Source: Candidatus Caldarchaeales archaeon | GTDB taxonomy: Archaea; Thermoproteota; Nitrososphaeria_A; Caldarchaeales; Calditenuaceae | Length of the DNA: 32,000 nt | Direction of reading: 5' to 3' | Assembly (NCBI GenBank): GCA_032249095.1 | Contig: JAVVGN010000010.1 | Location: 1-32,000 of the forward strand | Part shown: positions 18,410-26,921 of the stretch, one piece after another | How positions within the stretch are numbered: position 1 is the stretch's first letter | How the letters are laid out: the number at the start of each line of letters is the position of its first letter | Translations under genes and position numbers: made by a program | Notes under the pieces: model-generated | Told to the model about the DNA's origin: nothing | The model's input: only the letters and a program-made list of their open reading frames with translations | Databases searched by the model: none

Positions 18410-19705
18410 TCAAGTACCTATAGACCACTCCGACAGATACCTTAGCTGTTCATCCGTAAGTTTCTCCAACTTAATCCCCATAGTCTCCAGCTTTGACCGC
18501 GCCACGAGGTCGTCTATCTCGGCGGGCAGGGTGTAGACGCGCCTCTCAAGCCGGCCCTTGTTCTCGAGCAGATACTTGACGGCGAGAGCCTGGAGTGAGA
18601 AGCTGAGATCCATGATCTCCGGCGGATGCCCCTCCGCGGCGACCAGATTGATCAGCCTGCCCTCAGCCAAAAGGTATAGCTCCCGCCCATCTCTCATCAC
18701 ATACCTCGTCATATACTCGGACACCCTCTCGACAGACTTTGCCATTCTCTCTAAGTCTTTTTTCGAGATCTCGACGTCGTAGTGGCCTGCGTTGGCGAGT
18801 ATTGCGCCGCTCTTCATCCTCTCAAAGTGCTCCGCCCTTATGACGTTGATGTTGCCGGTGGCGGTGATGAAGAGGTCTCCGATCTCTGAGGCCTCGACCA
18901 TGTCCGTGACCCTGAATCCGTTCATGGCCGCCATAAGGGCTCTAACGGGAGTGGGCTCTACAACGATCACCTCGCACCCCATGCCCCTGGCCCTCATCGC
19001 TATTCCGGAGCCGACCTGCCCATAGCCCGCCACGACCACACGCTTCCCAGCTAGCAGGATGCCCGTCGCCCTCAATATCCCGTCCAGCGCCGACTGCCCG
19101 GTTCCTATCGGGTTATCGAAGAGCCTCTTGGTGGGCGAGTCGTTCACTGCTATCACCGGGTATCGGAGCAGGCCCTTTGCCTCTAGGGACCGTAGCCTCA
19201 TCACGCCCGTTGTTGTTTCCTCGGTGCCACCTATGATTTCGCTACAGTAGGCGAGGGGGTTGTCTAAGACGGATGAAGCCCAATCCACAGACTCATCCCT
19301 CACGCCGTGCATTATCTTGTGCACCGTAGCGGTCAAGTCGCCCCCATCATCCAACGTCACATGCGGCCTGTGCGAGAGAACCCTCCCGATGGCCTCGTAG
19401 TACTCCTTTGGAGGTAACCCGCGATAACCGTAAACGCTGATCCCCTCCTCGCGGAGGGCGGCGGCCACGTCGTCCTGCGTGCTAAGTGGGTTGGAGGGGC
19501 AGAGGGCGACCGAGGCCCCCCACCTAGCGAGCAGCCTAGCTAGAACAGCGGTCTCCCTCGTTATGTGGAGGCAGCAACCAACCCGCACGTTTCTGAGAGG
19601 TTCCTCATGCCTGAACCTTTCCCCCAGCATCCGGCAGACGGGCATAAGCTTCTCGGCAAGCTCGATGCGCCTACGCCCTCTCTCCGCCAGCGATGCGATG
19701 CTCAC
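18410..19705 (-). CDS. ahcY: S-adenosyl-L-homocysteine hydrolase
   Basis: DDGGDL, EETTTGV, NDSPTKRLFDN, AGYGQVGSG NAD motif, and the typical C-terminal tail. Confidence 0.95.
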   Translation of the reverse strand: MSIASLAERGRRRIELAEKLMPVCRMLGERFRHEEPLRNVRVGCCLHITRETAVLARLLARWGASVALCPSNPLSTQDDVAAALREEGISVYGYRGLPPKEYYEAIGRVLSHRPHVTLDDGGDLTATVHKIMHGVRDESVDWASSVLDNPLAYCSEIIGGTEETTTGVMRLRSLEAKGLLRYPVIAVNDSPTKRLFDNPIGTGQSALDGILRATGILLAGKRVVVAGYGQVGSGIAMRARGMGCEVIVVEPTPVRALMAAMNGFRVTDMVEASEIGDLFITATGNINVIRAEHFERMKSGAILANAGHYDVEISKKDLERMAKSVERVSEYMTRYVMRDGRELYLLAEGRLINLVAAEGHPPEIMDLSFSLQALAVKYLLENKGRLERRVYTLPAEIDDLVARSKLETMGIKLEKLTDEQLRYLSEWSIGT

Positions 19706-19804
19706 ACCGACTCATTAGCACGCTAGAGCTATATAACGTATCAAGATCCGTGGGTAGTTGCGCGGAGAGACCTAATTAAGCAGCCAGAGGGAATCTTGCT
19801 GGGG

Positions 19805-20230
19805 ATGGATCTCACCACGAAAGAAGCATACGAGAAGATGCTGGAGCACGTCTTCTCGCGAATACAGAGGGGCAGGCAGGATAGAGGGGAGAGAGTAATC
19901 GCTGTGACCCCCGAGGTGCTACATGAGCGGCGCCAAACCATCATCCTTAATTTCAGATCGATGGCCCAGTCCCTCGAGAGGGAGCCTGAACACCTCGCCC
20001 GCTTCATTTTTAAGGAGAGCGGGAAGCCGGGGGTAATGGAGGATGAGAGGCTGGTGATAAGCGGCGTAATAGGCGAGGAGGAGCTTGCCAGGCTCCTACA
20101 GCTCTACTATAAGGAGTTCGTTAAATGCCCGGTATGTGGCGGTATAGACACCAAGCTGGTCGCGGAGAAAAAATTCAGATTCCTACTCTGCGAGATCTGC
20201 GGCGCCAAGAGCCCGGTCAGGAAGATATAG
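19805..20230 (+). CDS. Translation initiation factor aIF-2 beta subunit
   Basis: YEKMLEHVFSRI... and a C-terminal CPVCGGIDTKL...CEICGA zinc ribbon. ATG at 19805; the track uses an in-frame TTG at 19796. Confidence 0.9.
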   Translation: MDLTTKEAYEKMLEHVFSRIQRGRQDRGERVIAVTPEVLHERRQTIILNFRSMAQSLEREPEHLARFIFKESGKPGVMEDERLVISGVIGEEELARLLQLYYKEFVKCPVCGGIDTKLVAEKKFRFLLCEICGAKSPVRKI

Positions 20231-20407
20231 CATATCACGGCTGGGCGAGCCGACAAAGCCTATCAAGACCCGGCCCACCCCACAGGCACTCCCCCCATGT
20301 GGGGCAGCGGTAAGGGGGTCGCATGGACTTATGTCCCGGACCGGTCGGGGCGCGTGTGTTTTTAAAGCTTTAAATACCCCTGTCTATTATTTATAAGCGT
20401 AAAAGCG

Positions 20408-20992
20408 TTGGAACAAAAATATCCCGAGCCCACGGTCGAGATTCAGAACGTTGTTGCCTCGGTGACCCTTAACCAGAGGCTTGACCTGAACGCTATACAG
20501 AACGCGTTCCCTGAGGCCGAGTATAAGCCAGCGCAGTTCCCGGGGCTGGTCTTTAGGCTTGCCAGGCCTAAGACGGCGACCTTGATCTTCAGTAGCGGTA
20601 AGATGGTCTGCACCGGCGCGAAGAGTGAGGAGGAGGCCGTTAGGGCAGTTAAGACAGTTGTGAAGTTATTGAAGCAGAAGAACTTCCTGATCAGGGAGGA
20701 GCCGATAATTGAGATTCAGAATATTGTAGCCTCGATAGATCTTCATGGCCGCATTAACCTCATCATGGCAGCCCAAAACCTTGAGAACGTTATGTACGAG
20801 CCCGAACAGTTTCCGGGGCTGATTTACAGGATGAGCAATCCCAAAGTGGTGATACTGATGTTCGCGAGCGGGAAGCTTGTCTGCACAGGAGCGAAATATG
20901 AGAAGGAAGTGTATGAGGCTACGAAGATCCTTCTCAACGAGCTTATACAGAAGGGGCTCATATCATACTCGGCGCCCACCAAGGCAGGCTAG
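20408..20992 (+). CDS. tbp: TATA-box-binding protein
   Basis: Two direct repeats: IQNVVASVTL...QFPGLVFRL...LIFSSGKMVCTGAKS and IQNIVASIDL...QFPGLIYRM...LMFASGKLVCTGAKY. Confidence 0.95.
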   Translation: MEQKYPEPTVEIQNVVASVTLNQRLDLNAIQNAFPEAEYKPAQFPGLVFRLARPKTATLIFSSGKMVCTGAKSEEEAVRAVKTVVKLLKQKNFLIREEPIIEIQNIVASIDLHGRINLIMAAQNLENVMYEPEQFPGLIYRMSNPKVVILMFASGKLVCTGAKYEKEVYEATKILLNELIQKGLISYSAPTKAG

Positions 20993-21028
20993 AGAATGCT
21001 GCTCCGCATCTCGGAGGGGTGTTAGTGT

Positions 21029-21526
21029 TTGCCTGACCGCGTCAGGGTTGTCATCGAGGTGGGAGAGCTGAGGGGGGAGGCCGAGGGCTCACCCGAAGAC
21101 GTTTTGAGGTTCGTTTCGAGCTTCGTTGGGCAGCACCTCCCGGCATATGGGCTTGCGAGGAGGCTGTCTGCGGCGCCAGACGTCTACGAGGTCCTCGAGA
21201 CGCTCCAAGAGTACCTAGGCTATAGTGAGTCTGAGGGAGTGTTCCTCAAGCCTAGCGCCCGCGCCCTCCCCGACTCGCAGCTGATACTCCTCTACATAAC
21301 CAAGATCCGGATCGAGAACCTCCTCGGCCTGTCCGAAAAAAGTAGTGTGAGTACGTCCAAGATGAGTGAGGAGCTGGGTCTCAAGACGCGTAGCCTCACT
21401 GCTAGGCTCGCTGAACTCGCTGGGCAGGGTCTGGTGCGGAGGGTTGAGCGTGGGGAGTATCAGGTGACGACGCCGGGCATCCTCACGCTTCTTGAGAGGA
21501 TCAAGTCTCCACGTCAAGCGACCTAG
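21029..21526 (+). CDS. Winged-helix DNA-binding protein with a short N-terminal beta-alpha motif, paralogue of 21501-21947(-)
   Basis: C-terminal MSEELGLKTRSLTARLAELAGQGLVRRVERGEYQVT (wHTH). N-terminal DRVRVVIEVGELRGEAEGSPEDVLRFV. TTG start with ggagggg 10 nt upstream, directly after tbp. Confidence 0.6.
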   Translation: MPDRVRVVIEVGELRGEAEGSPEDVLRFVSSFVGQHLPAYGLARRLSAAPDVYEVLETLQEYLGYSESEGVFLKPSARALPDSQLILLYITKIRIENLLGLSEKSSVSTSKMSEELGLKTRSLTARLAELAGQGLVRRVERGEYQVTTPGILTLLERIKSPRQAT

Positions 21527-21947
21527 CCTGTGCGCCTTCTGCGCCTTCCTCGGCCACGGCTCCTCCCTTCCTTCTCGCAAAGTAGAGATATCTCTTTGGC
21601 TTCCCCTCCCTCCCGAGCACCTCCCTCCTCACGAGGTCTAGGAGGCTGTGAGCCACGGCCGTGGAGTCATAGCTGTATCCCCGCTTGCCAAGCTCTGCGA
21701 TAACCTCGGAGAGACTCCTCGGACTGTCAAACCAGCCCTCCGAGACGAGGCGCTCAACAAGATCGAGGCACGTTACGCCTCTCCTTTCGGCCCTGCCCCC
21801 CTCCGGGCCTCTAGCAGAGCGCGCCTGCTCTATTCCTAGGACCACTCGGCGTACCGCTTCCTCGATGCTTCCAACAGGGGCCTCTATCTCGACGGAGACG
21901 TCACCTATGCTTACTTTGACACGGACCCTGTTATCCATGTTGTTCAT
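21501..21947 (-). CDS. Winged-helix DNA-binding protein, paralogue of 21029-21526
   Basis: N-terminal NRVRVKVSIGDVSVEIEAPVGSIEEAVRRVV parallels the neighbour. wHTH region: SLSEVIAELGKRGYSYDSTAVAHSLLDLVRREVLGREGKPKRYLY. ATG at 21947 is preferred; the track uses TTG at 21965. Confidence 0.6.
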   Translation of the reverse strand: MNNMDNRVRVKVSIGDVSVEIEAPVGSIEEAVRRVVLGIEQARSARGPEGGRAERRGVTCLDLVERLVSEGWFDSPRSLSEVIAELGKRGYSYDSTAVAHSLLDLVRREVLGREGKPKRYLYFARRKGGAVAEEGAEGAQARSLDVET

Positions 21948-21964
21948 GGTGACCAACTTGCGCA

Positions 21965-21976
21965 AGATTAATTAGC
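21965..21976. promoter_or_regulatory. Single near-palindromic TATA element (agattaattagc) shared by divergent genes
   Basis: It is the only AT-rich element in the short spacer between the wHTH gene (ATG 21947, minus strand) and nurA (TTG 22004 / ATG 22010, plus strand). It sits about 24 nt from the first and 33-39 nt from the second. Confidence 0.35.
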
Positions 21977-22003
21977 AACGTCCGCTCAGTAACCATTGGG
22001 GTA

Positions 22004-23014
22004 TTGAGGATGGAGTTGAACATGATGCGCAACCTGACCACGGCCCAAAATACGGTCCTGGAGCGGCTATTTATGGATTACTTGGAAGCCGGTCTGGAAG
22101 GGCTGAGTGGGGCGTTAGGGCAATGGCCAATCCTTTTCGACGAGAACATCGAGCCATTCTCGGAGACTGACTTTGGACTTGAGCTGGCCGCGATGCTGGA
22201 GGGGCTTGACGGGCGCGCTATACCACTTCGTGGAGAGGATCCAGCGCCGGTGGCAGCGGTCGACGCCTCCGTCGTTAAGCTTGCGGAGACACCTGGGGGG
22301 CCAGTCATCGGGCTTAAGGCGGCCGTCGTGGAACGCTTCGACTCTGTCAGGATAAGTATTATCGGGCCCTTTCTAAAGCTAGTAAGGCTCAACGCGAGCC
22401 GAGCCTCAAACGTCTTCACCGCTGTAAAGGATGAGTTTAGGCTCTTCGAGAGGCTGGTTCAGCTCTGGGTCTCTAAGAACGTTCAGGACCGCATAATCCT
22501 CCTTGACGGGACACTTACTGTCTCGGCAGATAAGTGCGGACACTTGTTGGCCGAGACGCTCGAGGAGGCTTGCCGCCGGGGAAACATGGTCATAGCGTTC
22601 GCAAAGGAGAGCAGTCTCCTCAGGGGCGTGCAACTGCTTCAGACACCGCGTGGCCCTCCCTGCATCGTTGAGATCACGGATATCGTGAGGAAGGCTTGGG
22701 CTGGATTGAGGTGCCTTGGAGCGGTTTATCTAGCCATCCTCTCCCACACTATTTACCCAGTAAGGGCGGAGGCTTACCCTGTCGAGAAGGGTGTGGCCGG
22801 GTTCAGCAGGTTGTTGACCTCGGATGTGCTGAGGCACGGCTATCCCGAGACACTAGCCCTGGCCCACCTATACTCGGGATTTAACTGGCTTGACATAGTG
22901 GCAGCTAGGAGGGCCCTTCTGACCGATTACCAGCCAAGGATCGCAGAGATGCTAAGCCCCCGTGAGTCGTTCCTCGCACCCTTTGAGCGTGGTCATCGTG
23001 AAGATCCTTCGTAA
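22004..23014 (+). CDS. nurA: NurA-domain 5'-3' nuclease
   Basis: VAAVDASVVKL (first catalytic Asp), RIILLDGTL (second Asp), GYPETLALAH near the C-terminus. About 335 aa, as for crenarchaeal NurA. Confidence 0.8.
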   Translation: MRMELNMMRNLTTAQNTVLERLFMDYLEAGLEGLSGALGQWPILFDENIEPFSETDFGLELAAMLEGLDGRAIPLRGEDPAPVAAVDASVVKLAETPGGPVIGLKAAVVERFDSVRISIIGPFLKLVRLNASRASNVFTAVKDEFRLFERLVQLWVSKNVQDRIILLDGTLTVSADKCGHLLAETLEEACRRGNMVIAFAKESSLLRGVQLLQTPRGPPCIVEITDIVRKAWAGLRCLGAVYLAILSHTIYPVRAEAYPVEKGVAGFSRLLTSDVLRHGYPETLALAHLYSGFNWLDIVAARRALLTDYQPRIAEMLSPRESFLAPFERGHREDPS

Positions 23015-24521
23015 AAACGGCAGGACCTTCGAGATACTCGCACTACCCGACGACTCTGATTTATCTCTGGGGGAGTACATCGCAGTGATGCAGGGCGATA
23101 AGGCCCTGATACTCGAGGTCATCGACATTGACTACGCGGAAATACCGGGCCTCATGGAGGACATGCTGAGGGAGCTAACACTCCAGAGTCTCGAGACCGC
23201 CGTCTACGACCCGCATAAGGTCGTTTCCATAACCCTCAAGATCAGGGAGGCTAAGGTCATAGTGGCGAAGCTCCGGAGCATCGTCTCGCAGGGTGCGGCG
23301 TGCCAGAGCTCCCTGTGGCTCCCGCCCAGATACTCGTCGAGGATTAGCCGCATCATGCCGAGCGAGGTCCTAGGGCTGGTGAGGGGGGAGGCGAAGGCGC
23401 CCATAGAGCTAGGAGTCTCCTTCGGCGAGAAATTCTCTATAGACGCCGCAGACCTTGACGGCTCCCTAACCATAATCACGGGGCGGAAGGGAACGGGTAA
23501 GTCGCACCTAGCTAAGCTCCTTATGTACGAGCTCGTCAGGATGGGGTGCTACGGCCTCGTGCTGGACGTAAATGGCGAATACCTAGGTCTCGGCGTCGAC
23601 AGGGAAGGGCGGAAAAGCGAGATAGCTGACAAACTAGTGGTTCTTAGGCCAGGCTACAACTTTCGTGCAGGTCTCGAAGTAGTCAGCCTAGAGGTCTTCA
23701 CGGACATCCTCGAGCATGTATATGCTACTCCGCCAACGAGCCTGCGGGAACTTGTTAGGGTCTGGGAGATGTTGCAGAGGAGTGGCGGCCTAACGGTCGA
23801 GAACCTCATAAACGAGGTTAGGACCACGCGGATGAACGAGGCTGTCCGCGAGGCTCTGCTTAGCAGGCTTCACTCCATCTTCAGCACAGGCTTCTTCGTT
23901 GACGGCGACGAAGACTCGTTATACGAGGGGCTGGCCTCGGGGCAAGACGGCGCTCTGCTCGTGGTCGATCTTTCTAAGCTGAGGCCGATTTTCAGGAGGG
24001 TGGTAATAGAGTACGTGCTTAGCTGGGTCAGTAAGCTGCTCCAAGACGAGCTCATTCGGCCGATGTTTCTGTTGTCGGAGGAGGCACACCTATACGTTGG
24101 GAACACCTACTGGGAGGACATCGTCACGAGGATGAGACACCTCGGGATCTCGCCCATCATCGTCACTAACCAGCCTGACTCAATTCCTGAGATGGTTTAC
24201 AGGCAGGCAGACAACCTCTTCCTCTTCAACTTTATAAACGAGAACGACCTCGAGTCGCTATCCAAGTATAGCCACATAGATTCTGAGACTATTAAGAAGA
24301 TTGCGCCCTCGCTAGAGCTTGGACAGTGCCTCGTGGTGGGCAAGGTGGTTGGGGGGATCCCGATACTTGTCAGGGTCAGAGAGCTGCCGGCCACCGCGCT
24401 GGGATACACTAAAAGATTCTTCGGCAGCAGCCTAGACAGGGTGGGGGAGGATGGAAGGGCAGGAGGCGGCGGGGGTGAGCATCAGGATAGGCCAATCCCA
24501 GCTGAGCGCCCTGATGCTTAG
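22989..24521 (+). CDS. herA: HerA-family (DUF87/FtsK-like) hexameric ATPase
   Basis: Walker A ITGRKGTGKSHL, DVNGEYLG, Walker B region MFLLSEEAHLYV, IIVTNQPDSIPEMVYRQADNLFLFNF, LGQCLVVGKVV. The start is ambiguous (GTG 22962 / 22989 / 22998) and overlaps the nurA stop. Confidence 0.85.
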   Translation: MVIVKILRKNGRTFEILALPDDSDLSLGEYIAVMQGDKALILEVIDIDYAEIPGLMEDMLRELTLQSLETAVYDPHKVVSITLKIREAKVIVAKLRSIVSQGAACQSSLWLPPRYSSRISRIMPSEVLGLVRGEAKAPIELGVSFGEKFSIDAADLDGSLTIITGRKGTGKSHLAKLLMYELVRMGCYGLVLDVNGEYLGLGVDREGRKSEIADKLVVLRPGYNFRAGLEVVSLEVFTDILEHVYATPPTSLRELVRVWEMLQRSGGLTVENLINEVRTTRMNEAVREALLSRLHSIFSTGFFVDGDEDSLYEGLASGQDGALLVVDLSKLRPIFRRVVIEYVLSWVSKLLQDELIRPMFLLSEEAHLYVGNTYWEDIVTRMRHLGISPIIVTNQPDSIPEMVYRQADNLFLFNFINENDLESLSKYSHIDSETIKKIAPSLELGQCLVVGKVVGGIPILVRVRELPATALGYTKRFFGSSLDRVGEDGRAGGGGGEHQDRPIPAERPDA

Positions 24522-25122
24522 ATACAGGGAGGTTGAGGCAAAGATTTGGGAGAGGCTATCGGAGTTCAGGAGGTTTGACCGAGAGGATTGTGAGGGACTC
24601 TTCCGAGAGCTCGTCTTCTGCCTCCTAACGCCCCAGACGAGTGCTCGCAGGGCTGATTTAGCGGTAAGAGAGCTTGAGGGCAGGGGACTCCTACTCCGCG
24701 GCAGCATTAAGAAAGTGTCCGAGGTTCTAAGACGCTGTGGGGTCAGATTCCACAACAGGAAGGCGGTTTACATAGTTCTGAACAGGAGGAGATTGGGTGG
24801 TGAGGGTGTAAGGCGGATGCTGGTTGGGGAGGCACTCGAAGCCCGCGAAGTCCTAGTCAGGCGGGTGCTCGGCTTCGGCTATAAGGAGGCCTCCCACTTC
24901 CTCAGGAACATAGGCTACACGGGGCTGGCAATCCTAGATAGGCACATCTTGAGGGGGATGGTTAGGCTCGGAGTTCTCGCCGAGATCCCCAAAATAGGGA
25001 GCAGGAGAGCCTATCTCGGGGTCGAGAAGATCTTTATCGATGCGGCCCGAGTTATAGGGATAGAGCCGGAGGCCCTCGACCTCCTCCTCTGGTATGAGGC
25101 GACGGGTGAGGTCTTTAAGTGA
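24514..25122 (+). CDS. ogg: Archaeal Ogg2-type 8-oxoguanine DNA glycosylase / AP lyase
   Basis: FRELVFCLLTPQTSA and the HhH-GPD motif GFGYKEASHFLRNIGYTGLAILDRHILR, co-linear with M. jannaschii Ogg as I remember it. Alternative starts are ATG 24451 and GTG 24475, and all overlap the herA end. Confidence 0.85.
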   Translation: MLRYREVEAKIWERLSEFRRFDREDCEGLFRELVFCLLTPQTSARRADLAVRELEGRGLLLRGSIKKVSEVLRRCGVRFHNRKAVYIVLNRRRLGGEGVRRMLVGEALEAREVLVRRVLGFGYKEASHFLRNIGYTGLAILDRHILRGMVRLGVLAEIPKIGSRRAYLGVEKIFIDAARVIGIEPEALDLLLWYEATGEVFK

Positions 25123-26057
25123 TAAAGCCGTCTGAGGACTTGTCCAACGTACTCGCGGAGATACCTGACATCGACGCCGAAATGTTAGTTGAGGCCGCGT
25201 ACAGGCCCCTCCCTGAGTGTGTAAGGCTCAACACGATCAAGGTTGATGAGAAGGTTCTCCTAGAGCTCTTAGAGTCCCGCGGCTGGCGACTCAAGCCTCT
25301 CCCATGGGCACGCCACGCTTACTTGGTGGAGGAGGCGCCGGTCAGGGATCTTGGAGCCACACCCGAACACATGCTCGGCCTGATTTATGTGCAGGGCCCA
25401 GTCTCGATGCTGCCTGTCGAGATCCTCTCTCCAAGGCCGGGAGACCTCGTCCTTGACCTGTGCGCGGCTCCGGGCGGAAAGTCTACACAGATCGCGCAGC
25501 ACCTCAACCTACGTGGAGTGCTGGTTGCTAACGACGCCTCTCAGAAGAGGATCAAGGCCCTCGCCTTCAATATCCAGAGGTGGGGGGCTACAAACGTAGT
25601 CATAACGCTCGCCGACGGCCGCCTTGTCCACAAGTGGTGTAGCGGACTCTTCGACAGGGTCCTCGTCGACGCACCTTGCAGCTCCCTCGGAATAGCAAGC
25701 AAGGACTGGTCGGTCTTCTCGAGGTATCGGCGCGGTGTCACGGAAAGGGCGAGGAGGCTGCAGCTAGGCCTGCTAGAGTCGGGCTACAGGTGCCTAAAGC
25801 CCGGGGGAGTACTCGTCTACTCTACGTGCACCATACACCCCCTAGAAAACGAGTGGGTAGTAAGCACACTGATCGAGAGGCATCCGGAGGCAAGGATAAT
25901 CCGAGATCGGGTTGAGGGGCTCCGCTCGCGCCCTCCCCTTGAGGAGTTCGGCGGATTCAGGTTCAGCCCCGAGGTCTCGAAGTGCTTTAAGTGTTATCCC
26001 TACGACAATATGGGAGAGGGGTTTTTCGTCGCTAAGATATTGAGGGGGGAGGCTTGA
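25119..26057 (+). CDS. NOL1/NOP2/Sun-family RNA (cytosine-C5)-methyltransferase
   Basis: DLCAAPGGKSTQIA (SAM motif I), DAPCSSLG (motif IV, catalytic Cys), YSTCT (motif VI Cys). GTGA overlap with ogg. Confidence 0.9.
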   Translation: MIKPSEDLSNVLAEIPDIDAEMLVEAAYRPLPECVRLNTIKVDEKVLLELLESRGWRLKPLPWARHAYLVEEAPVRDLGATPEHMLGLIYVQGPVSMLPVEILSPRPGDLVLDLCAAPGGKSTQIAQHLNLRGVLVANDASQKRIKALAFNIQRWGATNVVITLADGRLVHKWCSGLFDRVLVDAPCSSLGIASKDWSVFSRYRRGVTERARRLQLGLLESGYRCLKPGGVLVYSTCTIHPLENEWVVSTLIERHPEARIIRDRVEGLRSRPPLEEFGGFRFSPEVSKCFKCYPYDNMGEGFFVAKILRGEA

Positions 26058-26521
26058 GGCCCTGGCGACCGGCTGACGAGAGCGTGGTCAGGAACATCCG
26101 CGCCTACTATGGCATCAATCACTTTCCACGGGGAATAATGCTTGTTTCCACCGGGAAAAGGCTGAGGTCCGTTACTGAGGAGGCCTACGAGCTTGCTAAA
26201 CGACTCAAGGGTGTTGTAGGGTTAGGGGTTTACGCTGCTAAGAAATTCGGCGAAAACTACTACTTCTCCATCGAGGGAAGCCAGATTTTCGGAGACCACA
26301 TCGAGAATAGAGTCGTCGAGGTTACGTGGGAGGAGGCCGAGCAGTGGATGAAGGGCGCGCCTATCAAGCGGGAGGGGGCGGAGCCGCGGAGTATTATCGT
26401 GGTTAGGCTGGGGAGAGTATATCTAGGCTCCGGCAAGGTCTCGAGGGACGGCAAGATATACCCCCTCATTCCAAGGGAGAGACAGATTAATGCTCCGCTC
26501 GGAAGATTTATTAACAGTTAA
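26054..26521 (+). CDS. nip7: Nip7-like PUA-domain RNA-binding protein
   Basis: MRPWRPADESVVRNIRAYYGIN resembles the Nip7 N-terminus (MR.Lt.eE...v...l..yiG.n). C-terminal PUA-like IIVVRLGRVYLGSGKV. TTGA overlap with the NSUN gene. Confidence 0.65.
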   Translation: MRPWRPADESVVRNIRAYYGINHFPRGIMLVSTGKRLRSVTEEAYELAKRLKGVVGLGVYAAKKFGENYYFSIEGSQIFGDHIENRVVEVTWEEAEQWMKGAPIKREGAEPRSIIVVRLGRVYLGSGKVSRDGKIYPLIPRERQINAPLGRFINS

Positions 26522-26532
26522 CATGGATGTCC

Positions 26533-26921
26533 CTATAGTGTTATCTGTCCTTTCCCCCTGAATATTACCTCGTTTCCCCATAAATCCAACTGTATTGGTA
26601 TTTTTCCGTGTTCTATGCCTAGTATGTGTTTTAGTTTAGATTTCTCGTTCTCTATTCCTTTAATGTTTGTTAGTGTGTAGTATAGTTCTCTTGGTAGTAT
26701 TAGGCCCTTTGAGGTCTTTATATCTCTTGGTAATAGTTCATTGGCTCTCTATGGAGAATAGTGTGTTTCCGTCCATGTCTGGGTCCTTCTCGTATTGTAT
26801 GGCAGTAATACTTGTTGTATAGTATCTTGACTTTTATCTTCTTGTTCTCTTCCTCTGCTCTCTCCATCATCTCCCTCAATAGGGGGTTTGGAGTAATCCT
26901 TATGGATGGTGTGTCCAGCTC
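26533..26921 (-). pseudogene. Small element-encoded antisense ORF (~110 aa if one frameshift is repaired)
   Basis: A hand-translated 50-codon ORF at 26718-26870 (MMERAEEENKKIKVKILYNKYYCHTIREGPRHGRKHTILHREPMNYYQEI). It continues in another frame at 26533-26748 (...LPRDIKTSKGLILPRELYYTLTNIKGIENEKSKLKHILGIEHGKIPIQLDLWGNEVIFRGKGQITL*). The C-terminal part is conserved in copy A with mainly synonymous changes. Confidence 0.45.
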
